Below, piece after piece: positions 14,418-24,062 of a DNA stretch of 50,910 nucleotides; position 1 is the first letter of the stretch; each line of letters opens with the position of its first letter. A program made the position numbers and the translations under genes. The notes under the pieces are model-generated. The model did no database searches. It saw nothing but the letters and a program-made list of their open reading frames with translations, and was not told where the DNA came from. Source of the DNA: a virus (taxonomy: Duplodnaviria; Caudoviricetes); the IMG/VR virus record IMGVR_UViG_3300020147_000012, positions 1 to 50,910 of that record; one strand, 5' to 3'.

Positions 14418-15219
14418 GGATTTGTACCTTAAAACCGAATACGAAGAACTGATACCGAAGGAGTCAAACAAGGACAAGTTCGAGTATAAGTTCAACAGCA
14501 TAAGCCATTTCGTTAGGTGGGTAGAGCTGTTGGATAAGAATTTCCAAAGAGGATCGACGGAAAAAGATTCTGACGGCAACCCAGCAGATTTCTGCATGTC
14601 GGAAAACCTAGCCGATGCCTATAAGGTTGTTATGGGAACGGGCTTTGATCTACAGGAAACCGAAAAGCTTGAATCATTTATCAGTAAGATAAAAAAGAAC
14701 AGCAGGTTTTCTGATGACGGATACGAACTGGAAGTACCTGAGTTCTTAGCTGGATCAGACAAGTACTGGATTGAAGCAGAAGACAAGAAGACCAAAAGTA
14801 GACTTGTGGACGATTACCTTTTCATAGACGGCGTATATTCAGCCTTCAGAAAAGCAGAGGTCGCAAAACAGACTGGATTCAATATTCTAAATGAAATATA
14901 TCGAAGATCAGTTGTCCCGCGTAAGGTTGTAGCTTGTTTTCCGCTCAAACGGGCAATAGATCGGGGCGATATTACGATCTTTATTGACGTGGATTTCAAC
15001 GATCTAAACGGTCTTGCGAAGGTTCTTCATCCTAGTACTTTCAGAAGGCTTTGCTTCAGGGTTGTAGAGATATGCCCAGATGTAACGTGGGGATATGGGA
15101 CTCCTTACATGGGAGACACTGAAAAAGGCTACATCTCGATTCATACCGCGTACAACCTAGCTGGAAAGCCACTTGAGATAGAAATAGATAAATTCTTAGG
15201 AACCACTAAAGCCAACTAA
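14404..15219 (+). CDS. Putative partner of the AAA ATPase (degenerate VWA-like)
   Basis: Overlaps the AAA gene. The G.EL.VP.FLAG and HPSTFRRL.F motifs are typical of phage CobS-associated proteins. Confidence 0.55.
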   Translation: MSKFKDLYLKTEYEELIPKESNKDKFEYKFNSISHFVRWVELLDKNFQRGSTEKDSDGNPADFCMSENLADAYKVVMGTGFDLQETEKLESFISKIKKNSRFSDDGYELEVPEFLAGSDKYWIEAEDKKTKSRLVDDYLFIDGVYSAFRKAEVAKQTGFNILNEIYRRSVVPRKVVACFPLKRAIDRGDITIFIDVDFNDLNGLAKVLHPSTFRRLCFRVVEICPDVTWGYGTPYMGDTEKGYISIHTAYNLAGKPLEIEIDKFLGTTKAN

Positions 15220-15220
15220 T

Positions 15221-15442
15221 ATGAGCATCCAAGAAGAAGTTCAAGACATATACCTTCAGGGCTGCAAAAGAGGCGAGGAGATAGAGAGGGGCAGGATCAT
15301 TGAAAAGCTTGGAATGATGCGCCAGTGGCTAAACGAGGACCGCATAACAGACCCTAACAAATTGGTATCTGTTGAGCTTTTGGCCTTCTGGTTGGGTATA
15401 GAAATTAACAACCACCAAGAACTATTGGACCAACATGACTAA
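15221..15442 (+). CDS. Hypothetical protein
   Basis: 73 aa in a tightly packed operon. Confidence 0.7.
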   Translation: MSIQEEVQDIYLQGCKRGEEIERGRIIEKLGMMRQWLNEDRITDPNKLVSVELLAFWLGIEINNHQELLDQHD

Positions 15443-15617
15443 AAAGACCTATAAAATTGGGCTTAACGGTTGTGATGACTCGACCTGGATAACCATTGAT
15501 CTAACATCTGAGGAATTAGCCTTAGTTGAAAAGCTCGTCGGGTTAAGCGAGGAGGCTTCTACCTACGGTTGCCAGCCGACAATGAATGTCGAGGAATTAT
15601 CCACCCCTAACAAATAA
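15435..15617 (+). CDS. Hypothetical protein (GCDDST...CQP motif)
   Basis: 60 aa, overlapping the previous stop. Confidence 0.7.
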   Translation: MTKKTYKIGLNGCDDSTWITIDLTSEELALVEKLVGLSEEASTYGCQPTMNVEELSTPNK

Positions 15618-15623
15618 AGAGAT

Positions 15624-15887
15624 ATGAGAAAAGCAAAGCCAAAAAAGATAATAGCCAAAAAATGCTATGCCATCATGGTTAAGGACAGTAACGATCTATT
15701 GGGGTGGAAACCCATGTTTCCTCTTACTGGGGCGATAGCTGTTTTTGACAAAGAAGAAAAAGCAAAAGCCGCAATCAAGTACAATGACCAATTGCAAAAA
15801 GCTGAAGGCATCAAAAGTCAGTATCGAACTATTTACAAGGTTGTTGAAGTGTCTGTAAGTTTTCCCAACCCAAACTACCATGCCTAA
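15624..15887 (+). CDS. Hypothetical protein
   Basis: 87 aa in the operon. Confidence 0.65.
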   Translation: MRKAKPKKIIAKKCYAIMVKDSNDLLGWKPMFPLTGAIAVFDKEEKAKAAIKYNDQLQKAEGIKSQYRTIYKVVEVSVSFPNPNYHA

Positions 15888-16209
15888 GAATGTTGATTGC
15901 CAACCCATGTCCACCACCACCGAGAATTGGGAGAAGGAGTTGGATGCCCTGCCAATTGAAAACATGATGGTTTGGGACACCCTTAATCCCGTACAAAAAG
16001 ACATGGTTTGGGGCTTAGTTCCAAAAATAAAAGAGTTCATCCGCTCCCTCCTCGCCGCCAAAGATGCGGAGCTGAAGGAGAAGTTGGAGGGGATGATGGG
16101 GGAACATACAGACGCTTGTGCTGATTCCCCACTAAAGGAATGTAACCACGATTGCCCGCAAAAAGCCCTCTCCGACGGTCTCGCCTTACTAGAGGATGAG
16201 CAGAAATAA
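15880..16209 (+). CDS. Hypothetical protein
   Basis: 109 aa in the operon. Confidence 0.65.
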   Translation: MPKNVDCQPMSTTTENWEKELDALPIENMMVWDTLNPVQKDMVWGLVPKIKEFIRSLLAAKDAELKEKLEGMMGEHTDACADSPLKECNHDCPQKALSDGLALLEDEQK

Positions 16210-16211
16210 TT

Positions 16212-16451
16212 ATGGACAGCAGAACAAAACTATTGGTTTCCCTTAGCAACGGAGAATACCTAATAAAAGTCGCCTTGGAAGCGCCGCATGACACTTTTCC
16301 TGACAGCTATTACCTGGAACCTGACAACAAACAAAAGATCATGGATCTTCTGCCGCTGCACTGCAAATCGTTCGGAAACATTGTCGAAGTAGAAGAGATA
16401 TTTGAGATTGCTATCCCAGATGTAGAGGATAACCCCACCAACCATGCCTAA
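16212..16451 (+). CDS. Hypothetical protein
   Basis: 79 aa in the operon. Confidence 0.65.
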   Translation: MDSRTKLLVSLSNGEYLIKVALEAPHDTFPDSYYLEPDNKQKIMDLLPLHCKSFGNIVEVEEIFEIAIPDVEDNPTNHA

Positions 16452-16914
16452 CCACTTAGACATCATCAGGGAAGCCTGTATAGCGGCTAACGAAGACATC
16501 TTGAAGCTGGAGTTTGGATGCCGCTTTTTGTGGAAAGAACACGATGAGGAAAGCGAGGAAGAATACGGCGCAACGTTTGAGAATTGGAAGACGAAACACA
16601 CCTGGGTTCGTGCGTTGGGGCCATTGGGTCAACAGTGCATTATTGCACGAAGCAATATTACTAAAATCCTCGGCCGCCCCATCAGGCTTAGCGACGTGTT
16701 GTTAGCGATAGGATTCCATGCTCATTTGGTCGTAACTACCGAAGGAGAGTTTGTAGAAATATACGATTTAGTAACAGGAGGTAAGACTGTTGATTCTAAA
16801 GATATTCGCTGGAACCTCCGCAACGACGACCTCACCGCCCAATCCCCAGAAACCCTAGCCTTTATCAGCAACCTCCTCAGCCCAGAGGGGGATAAGGAGA
16901 AGGGAGATGAATAA
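16444..16914 (+). CDS. Hypothetical protein
   Basis: 156 aa with ILGRPIRLSDVLLAI and WNL..DDL..QS.ET..FI motifs. Confidence 0.75.
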   Translation: MPNHLDIIREACIAANEDILKLEFGCRFLWKEHDEESEEEYGATFENWKTKHTWVRALGPLGQQCIIARSNITKILGRPIRLSDVLLAIGFHAHLVVTTEGEFVEIYDLVTGGKTVDSKDIRWNLRNDDLTAQSPETLAFISNLLSPEGDKEKGDE

Positions 16915-17152
16915 GACCGAGTACATCCGACAGTACATGCGTGAGTACCGACAGGGTAAGCGAAGATCGGCAGCAAAGGCAGAATTGCGCGAAAAGATGA
17001 AACAAGACCGCCTGAAAGGGGATGATATTTACACCATTGGATTGCGCTATGGATATAACCCCGTTTACGTTTGCCGACTCTTTAAGGAACTGCCCGTAAA
17101 GAAACACGCTAATCGCCACAAATTATTTTACGGGCATCTTTGTAAATTTTAG
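16907..17152 (+). CDS. Small basic protein, possible HTH
   Basis: 81 aa with a Y.R.YMREYR repeat and a putative HTH. Confidence 0.6.
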   Translation: MNKTEYIRQYMREYRQGKRRSAAKAELREKMKQDRLKGDDIYTIGLRYGYNPVYVCRLFKELPVKKHANRHKLFYGHLCKF

Positions 17153-17190
17153 CCACCCCAGGAGGGGAGAAGAAGGATAACTAAATAAAT

Positions 17191-17745
17191 ATGGATTTTC
17201 AAACAATAATAAACAACGCTATGGCCGCAAGTAGGGCTGAAGAATTAAAAAACTCTCCTCAGCTTCTCTTGGGCGAAATGATTTTAAAGCTAGAAGCAGT
17301 TACAGATAAAACAAAGTCTCTCTTTATAGACATTCTCGATAAAAGGCCGATGGGTATTGATAGCTGGAGAGGGCGATATGACGAACTTGCTATTCAAACC
17401 GAAAGTCTTGGTAGCTACAACACAGATGAGGTCGAATGGATGAGTAAAGATGGCGATTATAAAAGTTTCAAGATGAAAGAGATTGGCAAAGAAAATCCAA
17501 CTGTTGCTGATTGGGTTGAGGTCTTGAAAGAAGCTATCGGAAAGACCTTTGTTGGTTACAAGGGCGGCGACTTCACCATGGGCAAGAATACTCCTGTTTA
17601 CTTGGCTGAACACGGAAACTCAAGTTTTAAGACAGATAACAATGAAATTGATACGGAAAATTACAGTAACTATAAAACTGTCCACTTTGTCGATGTCCGC
17701 GAAGAGGCCGATAAGGTGTACTTAGTAACCGGTATAGAAGACTAA
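17191..17745 (+). CDS. Conserved phage hypothetical protein
   Basis: SWRGRYDELA and GKTFVGYKGGDFTM...TPVY motifs. Confidence 0.8.
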   Translation: MDFQTIINNAMAASRAEELKNSPQLLLGEMILKLEAVTDKTKSLFIDILDKRPMGIDSWRGRYDELAIQTESLGSYNTDEVEWMSKDGDYKSFKMKEIGKENPTVADWVEVLKEAIGKTFVGYKGGDFTMGKNTPVYLAEHGNSSFKTDNNEIDTENYSNYKTVHFVDVREEADKVYLVTGIED

Positions 17746-17750
17746 CCCCC

Positions 17751-18041
17751 ATGTCACAAGATAACACCTGGCGGGAGAGGTTCCGAGAGAAGTTTGTTGT
17801 CCAATGGGCCGACGTTGATGAGGAAAATTATTATCGCTTCAATGTAGACGAATTTAAGCGAGATACTGATCCTTTCGAGGTTGAAGCCTTCATCGAAGAT
17901 GAACGCCGCCGAGTACGGGAGGAGGTGATGAGGAGGATGGAGATAGAGATTCAACAGTTTTCTGACCCAGAAGCAAGAAAGACGATGAGAATACTCAAAA
18001 GAATCTTGGCTAAACACTTTAATATAAAACTACCCTGGTAA
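17751..18041 (+). CDS. Hypothetical protein
   Basis: 96 aa in the operon. Confidence 0.65.
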   Translation: MSQDNTWRERFREKFVVQWADVDEENYYRFNVDEFKRDTDPFEVEAFIEDERRRVREEVMRRMEIEIQQFSDPEARKTMRILKRILAKHFNIKLPW

Positions 18042-18044
18042 ATT

Positions 18045-18446
18045 ATGGAAACCGCAATCACCTTATCGACAACCTACGGCAACAACATCACAGTGCGCCT
18101 AATGGCGATTTACGGTGCATTGTGGCTGGAGAAGTTTGGTTATAAGTATCGAGTTACCAACTGGAGGGCGATGGGAGGCAAGCTCAAGGCTCTCACCAAA
18201 TACTATTCCGAGCCTCAGATAGCGGCTCTCATGATCGTTCATTTCAACTGGCATGGATCGTCCGGCACGGACACGTTCGCTCACAAGAACCTAAGAGAGA
18301 GCATGTTTCCGCTTGAATGGATCGCTGCCCGGGCTAATAATTACATTTTTTACTTCCAGGAAGTGTCGGGGATAGACTTTGATAATAACGAGGAGGTTCT
18401 GGAATGGGTGGAGACTCACATGCGAGAGTTATCAACTGGAAAATAG
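18045..18446 (+). CDS. Hypothetical protein (pre-replication)
   Basis: 133 aa in the operon. Confidence 0.7.
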   Translation: METAITLSTTYGNNITVRLMAIYGALWLEKFGYKYRVTNWRAMGGKLKALTKYYSEPQIAALMIVHFNWHGSSGTDTFAHKNLRESMFPLEWIAARANNYIFYFQEVSGIDFDNNEEVLEWVETHMRELSTGK

Positions 18447-18490
18447 ACCATAAATGTGGTATAATATATGCAATACATAACTGATTTCTT

Positions 18491-18829
18491 ATGCTGAAGC
18501 ACCATGACAACCGAACTCTGAACGAAAAGATCCGACACCTCTGCAACGAACACGAAACCTACCCCGTTAAAGGATTAGAAGGCACTCGCCATTCCATTCC
18601 GTATGTCGGCTGGTACTGGAAATACATTGATTTCCCGTGCATGATCTTTGCCGAGTACAAGGGCCACATCGCCCTGTGTGCTGAAAATACTGATAATTAC
18701 AAGGAATATATACCGAAAAAGGAATTGGCTGACAAGATCGTATCCCTGCTCGAAGAAACGGTTCAGAATCCCTGCCTGGAAAACTTCCAAGCTCTGTTTG
18801 ATTTGATCCAAACCGTAAAAGAAGAGTAG
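18491..18829 (+). CDS. Hypothetical protein
   Basis: 112 aa after the promoter at 18455..18465. Confidence 0.7.
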   Translation: MLKHHDNRTLNEKIRHLCNEHETYPVKGLEGTRHSIPYVGWYWKYIDFPCMIFAEYKGHIALCAENTDNYKEYIPKKELADKIVSLLEETVQNPCLENFQALFDLIQTVKEE

Positions 18830-18832
18830 GCT

Positions 18833-20293
18833 ATGACGATTGCCGAAAAACTACAATCATTTCGTCAGGTAGCTGCGGCTTCTTACGTCAAACCTCCTAT
18901 TGACAAATTAGAGAACTATCGTAAAAATCTTGAATCTCACGAACCTGCTTTAGACTATCTCCGAAAGCGAGGCTTAGCAAGAGAAACCATCAGCCATTTC
19001 AAGCTTGGGTATGATCCTGAAAGGGACGCTATCGCTATTCCCGTCTTCAAGAAAGGTGACTTAATAAACATCCGCTACCGCTTGCTTGATCCAGGCAATA
19101 AGCCTAAGTACACACAAGAGAAAGGCTGCGAGGTGTGGGTCTATAACGACGAGGGCATAGAACGAGCACAGAAGAAGGGCAATCTCCTCATAGTTGAAGG
19201 GGAATTTGACCTGATGGCTGCCTGGCAAGCCGGTTTCAAAAGCATAATCTCGCCAGCATCGGGCAAAGACAGCTACGCCATGTGGCTTGACCTCATAGAC
19301 TCCATCCCACGGGTTTACATAGCCTACGATAATGACACCCCAGGCAAGACAGCTGCTATCAATATGTCTGAGCGTATTGGTGTCGAGAAGTGCATGGAGG
19401 TTAGCTATCCTGAAGGCATCAAGGACGCTAACGAGTTCTTCTTGCAGAAGACTAAGGACGATTTCCAGGCGATCCTAAAGGATTCTAGGCCCTTCTACCG
19501 CTATACCTACCAGGGTCTAGCTGACATTATCGACGACATCCGCACTAAGCGGACTGATACCATGAAGATCAACCTGGTTCCGCTGGTTGAGTTCGAGCCG
19601 GATTGGGTAACGATCATTTCAGGCGATTCAAACATAGGAAAGACGACCTACTCTCTCAATATCGCCAACGAACTGGCTAATCGTGGAATCCCTACGCTGG
19701 TCATGCCTTATGAAGACGGCGTTCGGGCCGTAGGCAAGAGGTATTTGCAAGTACGCCATGAGAAGAGCAAGCAAGGCCTGACGGAAGTTGACGACCAGCA
19801 ATGGGAAAAGATCAAGGAAGATTCCCTTGACCTGCCCCTCTATTTCTCTGTTCCTAGCACGAAGGAATTTGCGGATACTATCGCCAGGGCCAAGCGCATC
19901 TTCGGCGTTAAGGTTGTCATCGTTGACCACTTAGATTACATGGTCCGCAAAGCAGGGGACAACAAAGCGGAAGAACAGGCCAAGACCATGATGGAGATTA
20001 CAGCTCTTGCTCAAGAGCATAAGATTCTTTTCCTGGTCGTCCACCATATCAAGAAGCCGGAAGCTGGCAAAGCACTGGAAAAGAACCGCCGCCCCCACAA
20101 GGAAGATCTTAAGGGCAGTTCTTCCATTTATCAGGACGCTCGCGTAGTTGTCATGTTAAGCGAACCTAGCCCTGGACAAGTATTAGTAGATGTGGTTAAA
20201 AACAAAGGAGAAATGGGAGAAAAAGTGTTTGAATTTGATACCTCTACCGGCAGGATAAAAGGCCAGGTTAACGACTTCGGCGTATGGGGATGA
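18833..20293 (+). CDS. Primase-helicase (TOPRIM + SF4/DnaB-like, T7 gp4/Twinkle type) lacking an N-terminal Zn finger
   Basis: TOPRIM motifs IVEGEFD, AYDND..G and KDANE; Walker A GDSNIGKT; VIVDHL; DLKGSSSIYQDA. Confidence 0.9.
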   Translation: MTIAEKLQSFRQVAAASYVKPPIDKLENYRKNLESHEPALDYLRKRGLARETISHFKLGYDPERDAIAIPVFKKGDLINIRYRLLDPGNKPKYTQEKGCEVWVYNDEGIERAQKKGNLLIVEGEFDLMAAWQAGFKSIISPASGKDSYAMWLDLIDSIPRVYIAYDNDTPGKTAAINMSERIGVEKCMEVSYPEGIKDANEFFLQKTKDDFQAILKDSRPFYRYTYQGLADIIDDIRTKRTDTMKINLVPLVEFEPDWVTIISGDSNIGKTTYSLNIANELANRGIPTLVMPYEDGVRAVGKRYLQVRHEKSKQGLTEVDDQQWEKIKEDSLDLPLYFSVPSTKEFADTIARAKRIFGVKVVIVDHLDYMVRKAGDNKAEEQAKTMMEITALAQEHKILFLVVHHIKKPEAGKALEKNRRPHKEDLKGSSSIYQDARVVVMLSEPSPGQVLVDVVKNKGEMGEKVFEFDTSTGRIKGQVNDFGVWG

Positions 20294-20547
20294 AACTAAC
20301 AGATGACGAGTTGCAGTTGATCCGCGAGGTAAGTATCCATCGCATCCTTTCCGTATCCAATCAAGGCAGGAAGATACCCCTCAGATGCCCATTTCACAAT
20401 GAAAGAACGCCCTCTTTTTACCTTTACCCTGATAATTCCTACCACTGTTACGGTTGCGGAGCGCACGGAAACAACGCTTTAGATTTCGCTTTGGGGTTTA
20501 ACAGGGGATTCGCGGAAGCTCTTGATTTCTTGGCCGATTACATCTAG
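20284..20547 (+). CDS. Stand-alone CHC2 zinc finger (primase zinc-binding domain)
   Basis: CPFHNERTPSF...YHCYGCGAHGN. Confidence 0.88.
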   Translation: MGMKLTDDELQLIREVSIHRILSVSNQGRKIPLRCPFHNERTPSFYLYPDNSYHCYGCGAHGNNALDFALGFNRGFAEALDFLADYI

Positions 20548-20634
20548 TTTTTATCCCCAATTACGTTTTGATTTGTGTTACAATTTGTGGTATAATATGT
20601 GCATTAGAAAGGGTTAAGAGTTAACAAAAAAGAC

Positions 20635-21240
20635 ATGGGATTTTTGGGGAATTTGTTTGGGAACAGTGATTACACCGACGAACGGATCACTAAGGACGAG
20701 AAGATCAAGCGTTTGGAAAACCAGGTCAAGAATCTGGAGACTTACGCTCGCTCATTGAGGCAGCGCATCCGCGAAGAAGAGGCTAACCAGATCGCTGATG
20801 AAAAGATCGACCAGATCTACAGCCGGATCGACGAGGTTGAATTACAGCGTCAGGCCACCGAGCTGACCATCAAGCACGAGCTTGAATTGGCAGCTGCAAA
20901 GGCTGATTTGGAGAAAAAGATTTTGGACATTCGGGTTAAGTCTACCGAGTTGGTAGAAAGCATTAAAGCAGATGCTAACCGCCGCATCGAGGAAGCTGAA
21001 TCAACCATCGACGAAATTGTTCGTGACGAGGTTGCAGAGTCTGAAGCTCGCCGCGAAGCTGCTGAAGTAAAGGCTGCTAAGTTTGAAGCTGAATCGAAGT
21101 CTAAGGACACGGTTATTGCTACCCTCAAGGAGAACTTGAAGATGTTTGCAGAATTGCAGAAGGGTATCATTGGTGCATTGCCTAACGTCGATTTGCAGAA
21201 GTTAAACTTCAACGTCGATGTCCGAGGAAACAGTAAGTAA
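20635..21240 (+). CDS. Coiled-coil protein with amphipathic N-terminus
   Basis: MGFLGNLFG followed by ~170 aa of heptads; promoter at 20586..20596. Confidence 0.75.
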   Translation: MGFLGNLFGNSDYTDERITKDEKIKRLENQVKNLETYARSLRQRIREEEANQIADEKIDQIYSRIDEVELQRQATELTIKHELELAAAKADLEKKILDIRVKSTELVESIKADANRRIEEAESTIDEIVRDEVAESEARREAAEVKAAKFEAESKSKDTVIATLKENLKMFAELQKGIIGALPNVDLQKLNFNVDVRGNSK

Positions 21241-21481
21241 TTATATCGAGGGTTGCCGTTGCGACCGCTGCGAAGAAACAAGGTTGGCTAAAGAATTAGA
21301 ACATCCATCCATGACGGAATCCAACTTGGAGGTAGTAGATTTTTATTCCACCCCCAAACTGGTGGATATGATGCGACAGTTTTCGATAATGGAATATGCG
21401 TTTAACGTATATTACAGCAGTCCATTCGGCGCGAAGATAGCTGAGTACGAAAGAAAGATGAATAAGTTCAAGAATAGATAA
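21218..21481 (+). CDS. Hypothetical protein (GCRCDRC Zn motif)
   Basis: 87 aa in the operon. Confidence 0.6.
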   Translation: MSEETVSNYIEGCRCDRCEETRLAKELEHPSMTESNLEVVDFYSTPKLVDMMRQFSIMEYAFNVYYSSPFGAKIAEYERKMNKFKNR

Positions 21482-21820
21482 ATGGAAAAATTACACGTTA
21501 CGAAAGTATATCGTAGCAATCAGCTCATTAAAAAAGGTACTCCTGAAGAAAAGGAGATCCCTAAGCTCTCAATCAAGACCGCAGAATACGGAGACAATTG
21601 GCTCTCCACATTCAAGACCAGGCCTTATGAGAAGCTTGAAGAAGGTCAGACAATCGTGGCAACGGTTGAAAAGAGCGGGACGTTTATGAACTTCCGCGAG
21701 CCTACGGTAGCCGAGTTGGCCGTCGTAGTCCTGGAAATGGTAGATAAGGGCGCATCCAAGCCTTCAGCGGCAGCAGCTGGACCGGAGAGCGAGGATCTGG
21801 ACGTACCGCCTGAGTTCTAG
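21482..21820 (+). CDS. Putative single-stranded DNA-binding protein
   Basis: OB-like beta-rich core with an acidic tail ESEDLDVPPEF. Confidence 0.6.
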   Translation: MEKLHVTKVYRSNQLIKKGTPEEKEIPKLSIKTAEYGDNWLSTFKTRPYEKLEEGQTIVATVEKSGTFMNFREPTVAELAVVVLEMVDKGASKPSAAAAGPESEDLDVPPEF

Positions 21821-22665
21821 TGCTAGATAGACTAATAATCAATCCGCGAAATTCAGGAAAAAAGGCTTTCTATCCAAGTGATTACGGCAAGATGTCCCTG
21901 GACCTCTATTTAGGCCTCAAGGGCGTGCCAATCACAAACCCTCCCGTATGGTACGAAACACTACGAATGGGGGCAGGAAACGGGGTAGAAGATGCCATGC
22001 TGCAAATACTGAAAGACAGTAGGATCGTAGATCCATACTACGACCAAGACTTTGACGGACGGGTTGAAATGGAAAGAGAGGGCGTTGTCATTCACGGCTA
22101 CATGGATGCCATCAGAATGGACAATGGCCAGCCAATAGAGATCAAATCCATCAATAACAAGAACGCTTGGGACATACGCAAGTATGAAACAGGGGAGCCA
22201 CGCGAAAGCTACATTGGCCAGCTCTCCATCTACCAGGACTTTCTTGGGAAGGATACGGGGCATCTGTTCGTATCAAGCGTTGATGGGCTAAGCAGGTTCT
22301 GGTTCGACAACAAGAGGGTTTCCGACACGGGGGACTATCAGTGCGGAATGACCTGCGTGAACATTGCCAATGAATACAAGAGGTGGGCGAAGATCAAGGC
22401 TATGGTTGATAACAACGAAAAGCCGGACATCTTCGAGTATCGCTACAAGTATCCTCTTGAAAGCATAGATTGGGCAAACCTATCAGCCGATAAGATCTCC
22501 AAGGCCCGCACAGGCAAAGCCGTAATAGGCGACTGGCAGGTGCTCTACAGTCCTTGGAAAGACCTGATCGTAAAGCTACAGGGTACAGAACTGGGGTATT
22601 CGTTAGAGGAGTTGAAATATATTAACAAAGTGACCGAAGGTTACACTAATTGGAAAAAGAAATGA
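21820..22665 (+). CDS. PD-(D/E)XK Cas4-like exonuclease
   Basis: FYPSD, HGYMDAI...IEIKS and QLSIY motifs. Confidence 0.8.
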   Translation: MLDRLIINPRNSGKKAFYPSDYGKMSLDLYLGLKGVPITNPPVWYETLRMGAGNGVEDAMLQILKDSRIVDPYYDQDFDGRVEMEREGVVIHGYMDAIRMDNGQPIEIKSINNKNAWDIRKYETGEPRESYIGQLSIYQDFLGKDTGHLFVSSVDGLSRFWFDNKRVSDTGDYQCGMTCVNIANEYKRWAKIKAMVDNNEKPDIFEYRYKYPLESIDWANLSADKISKARTGKAVIGDWQVLYSPWKDLIVKLQGTELGYSLEELKYINKVTEGYTNWKKK

Positions 22666-22832
22666 TCGCATTTATTCTTTTTGTTCTCATTATTGGTTTT
22701 ATTTCCTACGTGGCTTATGCCTCCAAGCAAGAGGTTGAGGTTGTAGAGGAAGAAATCACTCCTGAGCCGGTTGTAGTTGAGAAGAAAGCTACCAAAAAGG
22801 CAGCTAAGAAGAGTTCTAAGAAAACTAAATAG
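22662..22832 (+). CDS. Small membrane-anchored protein with K-rich tail
   Basis: ATG at 22662; N-terminal TM, acidic linker, KKATKKAAKK tail. Confidence 0.65.
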   Translation: MIAFILFVLIIGFISYVAYASKQEVEVVEEEITPEPVVVEKKATKKAAKKSSKKTK

Positions 22833-22844
22833 GGTACTGAGAGG

Positions 22845-22936
22845 GTTCACCCTCTCGCCTTCAGTCTTAAAAGATTGGAGTCAACATGGTTGCTCTTAAT
22901 CCCAACTCTACTGGGATTGAGGGCGAGGCGGTGAAC
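22845..22936 (+). promoter_or_regulatory. Long intergenic hairpin (RNase III site or terminator-like)
   Basis: GTTCACC.CTCGCCTTCAGTCTTA pairs with TGGGATTGAGGGCGAG.GGTGAAC, including G-U pairs. Confidence 0.6.
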
Positions 22937-23020
22937 TATTGACGAGTGTCAATAAGCATTGTGATGGCCTCTGTTTGGATTGAAATTGTGTCTAAAATGT
23001 GGTATAATATGTTAATGATT

Positions 23021-23200
23021 ATGGATGTTTTTAAATCAGCGTCCAAGATAGTCCTCCTGGTGTTCGCCCTCACGGCTTGCATCGGCTTCCTGACAATGAA
23101 ACTGGAAGCCAAGGACTTCATGCTCGCTTTGACTGGTGTCTTCAGTTTCTACTTTGGGCAAAAGAATCAGCCGGTAGAAGTTGCGGCCGCTTCGAAGTAG
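23021..23200 (+). CDS. Holin-like two-TM protein
   Basis: Two TM helices ending VFSFYFGQK. The promoter at 22998..23008 implies a start at 23015 or 23021. Confidence 0.65.
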   Translation: MDVFKSASKIVLLVFALTACIGFLTMKLEAKDFMLALTGVFSFYFGQKNQPVEVAAASK

Positions 23201-23227
23201 CCTCCTGGCCGAGAGTTTCGGCCGTAT

Positions 23228-23629
23228 ATGTTACGCGCATTGCTGCTTGCCTTGCTCGTTGGGACTACTACCCCTACCGCTGCACCCGTAGCCATTAAGG
23301 ATGAGCCTATCGAGCCACCGCAAACAGTAGAAAACCAAATAGTGGAATACGCCCGAAAGGAAGGTGTCGATCCGCAGTTGCCAATGAAGATTGCATATTG
23401 CGAAAGCACCCATAGGCAGTTCGACGAAGACGGTTCTGTGCTTCGTGGGAAGGCTAACCCGCAGGACGTAGGGGTATTTCAAATCAACGAATACTATCAC
23501 TTAGCAGATAGTAAGAAGCTTGGGTACGACATTCATACCCAGGAGGGGAACATTGCATACGCCATGCAGCTCTACAAGAAACAAGGGTCACGCCCTTGGA
23601 ACTGGAGCAAGCCATGCTGGGGCAAATAG
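23228..23629 (+). CDS. Lytic transglycosylase / lysozyme-like protein with signal peptide
   Basis: IAYCES, GVFQIN, NIAYAMQLY and PW..S..CW motifs; hydrophobic N-terminus. Confidence 0.85.
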   Translation: MLRALLLALLVGTTTPTAAPVAIKDEPIEPPQTVENQIVEYARKEGVDPQLPMKIAYCESTHRQFDEDGSVLRGKANPQDVGVFQINEYYHLADSKKLGYDIHTQEGNIAYAMQLYKKQGSRPWNWSKPCWGK

Positions 23630-23710
23630 GCCTTGTGCCGATACACGATTGAAGGCTAGTCGTCTGTCGGGAACAGGTCTTTACCTGATCTTTGAAAAGG
23701 AGAAAATACC

Positions 23711-23914
23711 GTGCAAATTAAGTGTTCTTCGTGCGATACCGTACTTGGAAACTTCGATGATGTAGCCCTGCTACCTAAGTTCTGCAAGAAGTGCAAAACC
23801 AGAGAATTGGAGGGGAGTTCACATGAATTTTTCGGCTTCGGGCAAATGCCTGTTTTGCCGCCATCACCCGCAACACGGATACACCAGCTACAGTTTCCTT
23901 TGGGGACTGATTAA
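23711..23914 (+). CDS. Small Zn-ribbon protein
   Basis: CSSC...CKKC. Confidence 0.45.
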   Translation: MQIKCSSCDTVLGNFDDVALLPKFCKKCKTRELEGSSHEFFGFGQMPVLPPSPATRIHQLQFPLGTD

Positions 23915-24062
23915 GTTTCATATTTGCAGCTACTGCAACTATTTAAGGAGTGGACGCTATGGTTAGATTCCGGTGTGACCAGTGGGTTGAAGATCATAGC
24001 ATCTACTGTTCTGGATGCGATAGAAGGTTCTTCAAAGACTATGTCAATTTGGAGGAAGGATT

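Noticed and set aside
15400-17760. C/A-rich junction motif (ACCATGCCTAA at ~15877 and ~16441) as cassette recombination sites
   Set aside because: There are only two short exact copies, adequately explained by overlapping start/stop signals and unstructured initiation regions.
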